This document shows, piece after piece, positions 36,761 through 44,045 of a stretch of 44,045 nt of DNA (within the stretch, counting starts at the first letter, position 1; each line of letters begins with the position of its first letter). Made by a program: the position numbers and the translations under genes. The notes beneath the pieces were generated by a model. That model was not told the origin of the DNA. It did not search any database and saw only the letters and a list, made by a program, of their open reading frames with translations. The DNA is from Nanobdellota archaeon (GTDB lineage Archaea > Nanobdellota > Nanobdellia > Parvarchaeales > Parvarchaeaceae). The stretch lies in contig JAJZXE010000005.1 in the NCBI GenBank assembly GCA_021802505.1, positions 1 to 44,045 on the forward strand. The letters are read 5' to 3'.

Positions 36761-37667
36761 AGGAACGTTTTTGGGAACATCGTCAGCTTTTCCGACTGCA
36801 ATGAGAAACCATCCCTCCGTTTATGTGACTTTAAACGGCAAAAAACTGCTTTTGGACTGCGGGGAGGGGACGCAGCGCCAGATAAGAAAAGCTGGTCTCA
36901 GTCCATCGATAGACCATATCTTTATAACGCACTGGCACGGAGATCATTCGCTTGGAGTGGGCGGGATAATACAGAGTCTTAATATGATGAAAAGCAGCAA
37001 GTCCCTTGATATCTTCGGTCCGGACGAAACCGGCCAAAGCGTAAAAAACATACTCAGGACGTATAAATTTTACAATACACTCGATATTGAGGCCGTTTCG
37101 GTCAATGCTCCCCATGAAAAGGTCATCTTAGAGGATACTTTGTACAGAGTATCCGCACTAAATGTAAAGCACTCCGTAAAATGTCTGGCGTATAAAATCA
37201 AGGAAAAGGATACAAGGAATATCCTGGCGGAAAAACTCGCCCTGAAAGGGATAAAAGCGGGTAAATTTCTCAGCGGGCTTAAAGAAGGAAAGGATGTGAG
37301 CTACAACGGTATAAAACTCAAGTACAAAGAGTTTACCTATATAAAAAAGGGCAAGTCCCTGGCGTACGTTACAGACCTTAGGTATGACAAGAAAATAATT
37401 CCGTTTATAAAAGGAGTCGACGCCCTTATTATAGAAAGCACGTTCGGGAGCGAATTTGACAGGTCGTATGATTATTTTCATCTTAACATAAAGGAAGCGA
37501 TGTCTCTGGCAAAAAGCTCCGGAGCAAAGACAGTCTATTTTATACACACGAGCCAGAGATACGAGAGTAACGATTCCCTCAAGAAAAACGCCCAGGAACT
37601 GTTTTCAAGGATGAAATGCAAATTTACGTATTCTTTTCCGGATGATCTGGATAAATTTGAGGTTTGA
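36753..37667 (+). CDS. rnz: Ribonuclease Z (tRNA 3' processing)
   Basis: FLGTSSAFPT..RN, LDCGEGTQRQ, THWHGDH, exosite arm, IESTF, HTSQRY. Confidence 0.94.
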   Translation: MIEGTFLGTSSAFPTAMRNHPSVYVTLNGKKLLLDCGEGTQRQIRKAGLSPSIDHIFITHWHGDHSLGVGGIIQSLNMMKSSKSLDIFGPDETGQSVKNILRTYKFYNTLDIEAVSVNAPHEKVILEDTLYRVSALNVKHSVKCLAYKIKEKDTRNILAEKLALKGIKAGKFLSGLKEGKDVSYNGIKLKYKEFTYIKKGKSLAYVTDLRYDKKIIPFIKGVDALIIESTFGSEFDRSYDYFHLNIKEAMSLAKSSGAKTVYFIHTSQRYESNDSLKKNAQELFSRMKCKFTYSFPDDLDKFEV

Positions 37668-37728
37668 TTTTTTTCCAATGGAATTGCATAGAAATCTATT
37701 TAAATGTTTTCCTCTTTATTAAGAAGGT

Positions 37729-38757
37729 ATGAATTCACTAACCGTGAGTGTGATAGGTCCTTACAGATCGGGAAAATCCACTCTTGTAAATAAATTGCAG
37801 CAAAGAAAAGGCGCAGAGGAAGACGTTTCGTTTTTCTTCTTCAAATACGGCGGGAAAAACGTCACTTTGATAGATACACCCGGCGATATGGACAATCCAA
37901 CGACATTGGCTTCCGTTCTCACCATTTCCAATGCCATCATTTTTTGCGTATCCCCCGAAACAGGGGTGAATCTTCAGGTGGGAGAACAGATAATAATGGC
38001 AAATTCAGTCGGGATCAAGCACGGTCTGATATGCATAACAAAAGCGGATATATCAACCGCAGACGACATAAACAAATTAGAGAAAAATCTACTCGGCATA
38101 ATAAAAGGCACATCTCTCGAAGCTTTTGAGATAATGGTCGTGGATATAAACAACGATCAAAGTATGGCGGACATACGGGCTAAAATCTCGGCTTTTCCAT
38201 ACGATAATGAAAGCATACAACAGCCTTTCAAGATACTCATAGACCATGCATTTGAATCCAGAGGCATGTCGGTTGCGGTAGGGACTATGCCCACCGGTAA
38301 AGTAGAAATTCATTCCGAAGGAATAATCGCTCCCGCACCTTTTACAAAGGAGATATCGATAAATTCCATCCAGATAAACCAGGAGGATGTGCCGTCTGCG
38401 GAAGCCGGCGATCGCGTCGGAGTAGCTATAAAGGGAGTATGGCCCTGGGATCTTCCGAGAGGGGTTGAAATAAGGAAAATCAAAAGCTTCAGAGACATAA
38501 AAGAGGGACAGTTTACTGTGAATGTCAGTCCTCTGTACAAGCAGGAGATAAGGGATGATGTGAAGCTTAATCTTATATGCAACTGGCAGAATATTGTTGT
38601 AACACTGAAAAACGTTAAAAGAGAAGGCAATAAAGTGACGGCGGACTTCGAGGCCGATAAAAATTTCTGTTTTGATGAAAACGACAGGATACTACTGATC
38701 AATAAGGATTTACCGATCAGATTCCTGAGGGTCATAGGAAAAGCAGCTATTCTGTAA
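37729..38757 (+). CDS. Archaeal SelB-like translational GTPase (EF-Tu/SelB family)
   Basis: G1 GPYRSGKST, G3 DTPG, G4 TKAD; domain II IDHAF...SIQI...AEAGDRVGVAIKG; only 342 aa. Confidence 0.85.
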   Translation: MNSLTVSVIGPYRSGKSTLVNKLQQRKGAEEDVSFFFFKYGGKNVTLIDTPGDMDNPTTLASVLTISNAIIFCVSPETGVNLQVGEQIIMANSVGIKHGLICITKADISTADDINKLEKNLLGIIKGTSLEAFEIMVVDINNDQSMADIRAKISAFPYDNESIQQPFKILIDHAFESRGMSVAVGTMPTGKVEIHSEGIIAPAPFTKEISINSIQINQEDVPSAEAGDRVGVAIKGVWPWDLPRGVEIRKIKSFRDIKEGQFTVNVSPLYKQEIRDDVKLNLICNWQNIVVTLKNVKREGNKVTADFEADKNFCFDENDRILLINKDLPIRFLRVIGKAAIL

Positions 38758-38791
38758 GCAAATTTTTATACTCCCCGTTTCAATATAATAT

Positions 38792-39766
38792 ATGCCTGTT
38801 AAGGATGAAGAGATACGAGTGGATTACAGGACCGGCACGCGGGTCATATTCTCCGGTGTAAGAAACAACAAACCGATAGATTTTCATCTGAAGGATGAGG
38901 AATGGAAAACAGACGTTGAAAAATGTCCCTTTGAGTACGGAAAAGAGTCATTGAATAAGACGCTTATGCTTGTCGGAGGAGATGAGCACTCCTGGAAATT
39001 GAAGGTCATACAGAATAAGTTTCCCCTGGTTTCCCCCGATTTTGATTTTCAAAAAACAGGGGGATTTTTTGAAGAAAAACCTGCATTTGGTTATTCGGAG
39101 GTAATAATCGATACTCCAAAACATAATGTGCCTTTTTATAAGCTAACTGAGGATGAACTTTTGGTCTGGTTAAATACCATAATAAAAAGGGAACAGGAAC
39201 TTTACTCAAAGGAAAAAATAGGTTATGTCTATGCATTTAAGAACGAGGGGCCGAAGAGCGGAGCAAGCATCTCCCATACACACACCCAATTAATGGCATT
39301 TCCCGAACTTACACACACAATCCTTGAGGAAAAAAAGCATGCTGATGATTATCTGAGAAAAAATAATCGCTGCCTGTATGAAGACGCGATAAAATACGAA
39401 AAAGAAAGGGTGCTGGAGGAGAATGACACGTTTATTGCAGTCGCACCTTTCGGTTCTAAATTTAATGCTGAGTCTATTATACTTCCGAGAAGACATATAA
39501 GCTGCAGCGTTGATCTGTCCGGTAGGGAGAAAACAGACTTATGCAGGATGCTCAGCCATACCGTCAAATCAAACGAAAAAATCTTTGGAAATCTCTCCTA
39601 CAACATCATTTTTCATGAATTAAAGAATGACAAAAACTTTCACTTTCACATTGAGATATACCCGAGAGTTATAACGTTTGCGGCCGTAGAATTCGCGGGT
39701 TTTAATACCAATCAGTTAAACCCTGAGACTTATGTTAAGATGTTCAGGGAAAATAACAAAAACTGA
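38792..39766 (+). CDS. galT: Galactose-1-phosphate uridylyltransferase family protein
   Basis: CPF, NKFP, GYSEVIIDTPKH, FKNEGPKSGASISHTHTQ, FHFHIEIYPR. Confidence 0.9.
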   Translation: MPVKDEEIRVDYRTGTRVIFSGVRNNKPIDFHLKDEEWKTDVEKCPFEYGKESLNKTLMLVGGDEHSWKLKVIQNKFPLVSPDFDFQKTGGFFEEKPAFGYSEVIIDTPKHNVPFYKLTEDELLVWLNTIIKREQELYSKEKIGYVYAFKNEGPKSGASISHTHTQLMAFPELTHTILEEKKHADDYLRKNNRCLYEDAIKYEKERVLEENDTFIAVAPFGSKFNAESIILPRRHISCSVDLSGREKTDLCRMLSHTVKSNEKIFGNLSYNIIFHELKNDKNFHFHIEIYPRVITFAAVEFAGFNTNQLNPETYVKMFRENNKN

Positions 39767-39768
39767 TC

Positions 39769-40737
39769 TTATCCAACTTCTCTTAGATCCACGTTGAAAA
39801 GCTCCATGGCCTTGCTGTAAATTAGGTCTCTCAGTTCTGGGCTGTAAATCCTCATCCCTTCCACGAATTTTTTCACATTTTCTTCCCTAAGGTTTATCGA
39901 TAACCAGCTTTCTACCCTTCCGAAATCGGCCGCAGTATACTGTTCTTTTTTAATGATAAATCCGAAGGCTTTCGATGCTCTGTCCATTATCTGGTCGTTT
40001 ATCGCATCCGTCAGGTGCATCTCATTGTTTGTGCCGGGCCTTACATTTTTGAGGTAGTCTATGCTTTTTTCATTAAATATATATATCCCGCCGGCCATTA
40101 CATCATAGCTGTCCTTCAATCCGAATTTCTCTTTTATAATTTCTTCGGCTGGTTTTTCTATAGCCTCCTCCGTATCAATCAATATATCATCCAACCCGCG
40201 GGTTCTTTTTCCTTTTATGAATCCGCAATTTTTTGCGGTTTCCTTATCCAGATTCTCAACCGAGTACATAATATTTCCGTCGAATCTTTCCAGTAACTTT
40301 TTAAGCAGGCTTTCTCCCCTGTCATAGCCGCTTATTATCAGATTATCCCCCAATAAAACGACATAAGATTTATTTTTCAGTTCTTTTTCGGCTGTGGCCA
40401 CTGCATTCGCGGGCCCTTTGGGCTTTTTTAAATCCTTGTCTTCTTCTTGGTAAACAAGCTTTATTTTTACTTCCGGATCAATCTTTTTTAATTCCCTCTC
40501 AAGGTTCTTTATATAGTCATTCTGAAATTTGAAAGAATAATTGTTTTCTTCATCATGTCTTGTTACTACTATTATGTCTTTTATCCCATTGTTATAAGAA
40601 TTCATTATGTGGTGGTACATCAGCGGTTTATCCCTGTAAAGGACCATTGTTTTTGGGATGTAGTTGGTAAATGGGCGAAGGCGACTTCCGTTCCCGGCCG
40701 CTAGAATTACGGCCGTTCCTACCTTCGCATCTGCCAT
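39769..40737 (-). CDS. Sugar-1-phosphate nucleotidyltransferase (GalU/RmlA-like)
   Basis: AVILAAGNGSRLRPFT..IPK, LLGD, IEKP, EMHLTDAI, DFG. Confidence 0.88.
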   Translation of the reverse strand: MADAKVGTAVILAAGNGSRLRPFTNYIPKTMVLYRDKPLMYHHIMNSYNNGIKDIIVVTRHDEENNYSFKFQNDYIKNLERELKKIDPEVKIKLVYQEEDKDLKKPKGPANAVATAEKELKNKSYVVLLGDNLIISGYDRGESLLKKLLERFDGNIMYSVENLDKETAKNCGFIKGKRTRGLDDILIDTEEAIEKPAEEIIKEKFGLKDSYDVMAGGIYIFNEKSIDYLKNVRPGTNNEMHLTDAINDQIMDRASKAFGFIIKKEQYTAADFGRVESWLSINLREENVKKFVEGMRIYSPELRDLIYSKAMELFNVDLREVG

Positions 40738-40840
40738 AATTTATAAAATCTATATGAAATAAACCCATATTAATACTTTTTTTTATCACGGACTGGCCTA
40801 ACAGAAATCAATTTCTATCATATTGATATACACTGTACAT

Positions 40841-41491
40841 CTACCCAAGAAGTATGTTTTCAGTTATCAGCCCCGGCAGGCTCTTAATCTTTTCTTCCTT
40901 AAAATCACTTTCCTTCAGCAGCAGTTCTTTGATTAAACCCTCCGCCTCCGTCCTTTCCATTTTTTTATCCGAAAGGTCCCTTGATATCTCTCTGTACCTT
41001 ACCGAGTCTATCATAGGAAAATTCTCGTATTTTTTGATATAAGCAAGCATTTCATTTTCATAGTCTCTTCCGTCCTCGATATTTATTATCTCCTTCCAAA
41101 GTCTGACCTCTCTTTCTGCGGTTTCGGGGCTGTCCGAAGCGTGGACTAGGTTGATGCCTTTTGTCGTGCCGTATCTGCCTCTTATTGAAGCGGGATCCGC
41201 CTTTTCGCACATAGTTTTACCCAAAAGATCCCTGACTTTTTGCGTAATATTCTCGCCGCCCGCAATCAATACCGCCAATTCCGTTGAAGACATGAAATTC
41301 ACCAGGTTCTCATAAAAGAACTTTCCCTTGTGCTCCGCGTAATGCCTGTCCGACAGAAATTCCTTTTCAGGTTTTATGATTCCGAAAAAGTTTACCTTTA
41401 CCCCCAGATCCAGTATGCTTTTGAGGGCCCTCGCGCCGGAATATCTTCTTACAATGCCGTCGGGCTTAAGCAGTATGAGCATTTCTTCCAT
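40841..41491 (-). CDS. ndk: Nucleoside-diphosphate kinase with a C-terminal extension
   Basis: LLKPDGIVR, HYAEHKGKFFYENLVNFM, SIRGRYG, NLVHASDS. Confidence 0.93.
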   Translation of the reverse strand: MEEMLILLKPDGIVRRYSGARALKSILDLGVKVNFFGIIKPEKEFLSDRHYAEHKGKFFYENLVNFMSSTELAVLIAGGENITQKVRDLLGKTMCEKADPASIRGRYGTTKGINLVHASDSPETAEREVRLWKEIINIEDGRDYENEMLAYIKKYENFPMIDSVRYREISRDLSDKKMERTEAEGLIKELLLKESDFKEEKIKSLPGLITENILLG

Positions 41492-41622
41492 TTCAGAACT
41501 AGGTTTTTATAATATAAATATCTTAAAAAAATCTTACCCTTTTTTATTTGGCAGGGATTTTTGGTTCAGTTAGCTTTATTAGCGATAACGATTTATCTAT
41601 AGAATTAACAGAGGTTTTTAAT

Positions 41623-43338
41623 ATGAGATCCCCGATATGCGCATTTTTAGGGCATGTAGACGCCGGCAAGACAAGTATAATGGACGCCATAAGAAATACG
41701 ATGTCGGCCTACAAGGAGAGCGGGGGTTTGACGCAGAACATCGGTTCTACAGAGGTGCCCACCGGCAGGATCAAGGAGCTAGCGGAGGATTTACTGAAGA
41801 AGTTCAACATAAGCATAAAAGTCCCTAGCATAATCTTCATAGATTCGCCGGGCCATGAGGCGTTTGTGACTTTAAGAAAGAGGGGCGCTTCAATAGCTGA
41901 TATCGCGATATTGACAGTGGATATAACGGAAGGCATACAGAATCAGACAATAGAATCGATAGAGATACTGAAATCCTACAAGACCCCCTTCCTGATAGCG
42001 CTGACAAAGATAGACACGATAACCGGTTTCTATAAGACTGAAAACAGTTCCTTCCTGGATTTTATCCAGAAACAGAGCGAAACTTACAGGGAAAGGCTGG
42101 ATGAAAAGATATACAGTTTGATAGCAGATTTTTCGCTCTATAACTTTCAGGCGGAGAGGTATGACCGGGTGAAGGATTTTACCAAAGAGGTGGCGATGAT
42201 TCCGTTATCGTCGGTAAATGGCATAGGGATAAAGGACCTTATCGTAATGATTATAGGTTTAAGCCAGAGGTACCTGGAGTTGGACAAGCAGGGCATCAAC
42301 AGCGCAGCCATTCTCGAAGAGAAAAACATCAAAGGGCTGGGGAAAGTATACGATGCGATAGTCTATTCCGGAAAAGTATCCGTTGGAGACAGGGTTATAG
42401 TACAGACGCAGGAGGGCCCGTTTGAAAACAAGATAAAAGGCATTATGCGCCTGATCCCGTTGGAGGAGAGCAGGGAGAATTTCGGTAAATATGACAGCAT
42501 ACAGTATGCAGAAGCGACCGCTCCGATAAGATTGATACTGCAGGAGCCGAATGCGATGATAGGTACATCCATTTATGTCTTTTCTTCGGAAGAAGAAAGA
42601 AGCAGATTCATCGAGGAAATAAATCGTGAAAACGTCAACGACAACAATGATGAGAGCAGGGGCGTGGTCGTCTGCGCCGACTCTCTGGGAAGCATAGACG
42701 CGATAAGAAAAATAGCGCAGTCCTACGGAATAGAAGTAGGAAAAACAAAAATAGGGGAGCCATCCAAGGTCGATATAACGACTGCAAGCGTGAACGGCGG
42801 TGTCATCCTTTGCTTCAATGTGCCGGTCTCAAAACAGACCGAGGGGATTGCAGACGAGTACAGCGTGAAGATAATAGCATCCAATTCGATTTATACTCTT
42901 TTTGAAAGTTATAATGAATACATGAAGAACTTTAGGAATATGAATCTGGAGGCAAAACTGCAGAAGCTGAGGCTGCCTTCCAAATTCGTTTTTCTCGAGG
43001 GGAACATCTTCCGCAGGTCGAGTCCATGCGTATTCGGGGTTGAGGTCTTAGCGGGAGAAATACGGCCCAATTATCCGGTTATGAATTCAAGGGGGCAAAG
43101 GATCGGCAGGATAGTCGATATACAGTCGGATAAGACGAAACTCAACAAAGCAATCAAAGGGGAAAAAGTGGCGGTAAGCGTTGATGATGCGGTTTACGGC
43201 CGCAATATAACGGAAGGAGATATGTTCTACACAGATATCGAGCTGCCGGACATAATAAAGTTTGAAGACGTGGTCAATGAACTGACTGAGGACTATGCCT
43301 CTGCATTATCCGAAATAAGAAGGATAAAGAGGCTTTAA
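41623..43338 (+). CDS. infB: Translation initiation factor aIF5B (IF-2)
   Basis: Start MRSPICAFLGHVDAGKT at 41623; EsGGLTQNIG, IDSPGHEAF, ADSLGS, FRRSSPCVFGVEV, VYGRNI. Confidence 0.95.
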   Translation: MRSPICAFLGHVDAGKTSIMDAIRNTMSAYKESGGLTQNIGSTEVPTGRIKELAEDLLKKFNISIKVPSIIFIDSPGHEAFVTLRKRGASIADIAILTVDITEGIQNQTIESIEILKSYKTPFLIALTKIDTITGFYKTENSSFLDFIQKQSETYRERLDEKIYSLIADFSLYNFQAERYDRVKDFTKEVAMIPLSSVNGIGIKDLIVMIIGLSQRYLELDKQGINSAAILEEKNIKGLGKVYDAIVYSGKVSVGDRVIVQTQEGPFENKIKGIMRLIPLEESRENFGKYDSIQYAEATAPIRLILQEPNAMIGTSIYVFSSEEERSRFIEEINRENVNDNNDESRGVVVCADSLGSIDAIRKIAQSYGIEVGKTKIGEPSKVDITTASVNGGVILCFNVPVSKQTEGIADEYSVKIIASNSIYTLFESYNEYMKNFRNMNLEAKLQKLRLPSKFVFLEGNIFRRSSPCVFGVEVLAGEIRPNYPVMNSRGQRIGRIVDIQSDKTKLNKAIKGEKVAVSVDDAVYGRNITEGDMFYTDIELPDIIKFEDVVNELTEDYASALSEIRRIKRL

Positions 43339-44045
43339 GGCCAGTTCTTTATCGCCTTTTCATACAGATCCATGTTGTCGCAGGGCAGCCATTTGCCGGA
43401 GTATATAAATCCGTCTATGATCCTGCGCTCTGCAACCTGCTCGAATACTTTTGATATGTTTGATTCACCCTGCGGTATAAAACTGAGAAAGGAGGGGTTT
43501 ATGACGTATATCCCCGCGTTTACCAGGTGCGAAGTCTGTTCTGTTTTCGGTTTTTCTATGAATTTTACTATTTTATTTCCTTCCATTTCGACTACCCCGA
43601 ACTGCGATACGTCGTCCTGCGATACCAGTGCCAGTGTCGCAAGCGGCTTGTCCTTCTTATGAAAATCGTATATCTTATTCAGATCAAAATCAAACAGGTT
43701 ATCGCCGTTCAGTACGATAAAATCATCATGAAACAGGTTCTGGTTCTTTTTTATGGCTCCGCCGGTTCCTACCGGAGTAGTTTCCTCTGAATACCTTACC
43801 CTTACGCCGAACTTGCTTCCGTCTCCGAAATACTCCTTTATCTTGCTGCCCAGGTATCCTATTGATATTATGATATCAAGAAACTCTACTTTTTTCAACT
43901 GCTCTATCACATGCTCCAATATAGGCCGGCCGTTTACCGGCAGCATCGGTTTTGGTATCTCGTATGTCAGCGGTCTCAACCTTGTGCCGGATCCTCCCGC
44001 CAGTATCAATGCGATCCTGTTTTTGTTGGGTTCAAGCTGTTCTTT
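43335..44045 (-). CDS. Sugar-phosphate nucleotidyltransferase (Man-1-P guanylyltransferase-like), 5' partial
   Basis: ILAGGSGTRLRPLTYEIPKPM, GTGGA, NGD, FIEKP, NAGIY; the frame stays open to the window edge (KEQLEPNKNRIALILAGG). Confidence 0.9.
   Translation of the reverse strand, partial: KEQLEPNKNRIALILAGGSGTRLRPLTYEIPKPMLPVNGRPILEHVIEQLKKVEFLDIIISIGYLGSKIKEYFGDGSKFGVRVRYSEETTPVGTGGAIKKNQNLFHDDFIVLNGDNLFDFDLNKIYDFHKKDKPLATLALVSQDDVSQFGVVEMEGNKIVKFIEKPKTEQTSHLVNAGIYVINPSFLSFIPQGESNISKVFEQVAERRIIDGFIYSGKWLPCDNMDLYEKAIKNWP

Noticed and set aside
23773-41622. Upstream TTG starts given in the ORF track for nuoL (23773), the phosphoesterase (32724) and aIF5B (41548), and the earlier ATG for HEPN (31080)
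   Set aside because: Downstream ATGs at 23866, 32808, 41623 and 31095 fit family N-termini and promoter or coupling geometry better.
170-43790. Many antisense and alternate-frame ORFs in the track (e.g. 1654-2289, 9641-10573, 14782-15543, 20202-20777)
   Set aside because: They lie opposite clearly identified genes and have the S/F/L-rich composition expected from reverse-complemented E/K-rich coding DNA.

Overview
Chromosomal segment of a small, gene-dense archaeon. Gene content, divergent proteins and a Thermoplasma-like ATPase suggest an acidophilic DPANN lineage, most likely Parvarchaeota (inference; no search run). In order: an A/V-type ATP synthase operon on the minus strand (K-E-C-F-A-B-D-H, running off the left edge) with a 533-aa LAGLIDADG intein in subunit A; a decayed vapBC; a Cas2-like-fold gene coupled to cdc48-scpA, then scpB, a catalytically degenerate HIT protein, a TrmB(L2)-like gene and smc; ksgA; a short ribosomal operon (L2-S19-L22-S3 plus an L29 missed by the ORF track); a stand-alone complex I membrane-arm operon nuoJKLMN; an AT-rich ~4.3 kb toxin-antitoxin island (two intact vapBC, MNT-HEPN, one vapBC pseudogene) with a duplicated ~70-bp palindromic element; then a phosphoesterase, SPFH protein, HAD hydrolase, tRNA-Thr(UGU) with a non-canonical T-loop, tatD, rnz, a SelB-like GTPase, galT, two sugar-nucleotidyltransferases, ndk and aIF5B. 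The best candidates for undescribed biology are the repeat-bounded TA cassette, the orphan NuoJKLMN module, the aberrant tRNA-Thr and the Cdc48/SMC-ScpAB/TrmB cluster. All calls come from reading motifs by eye.
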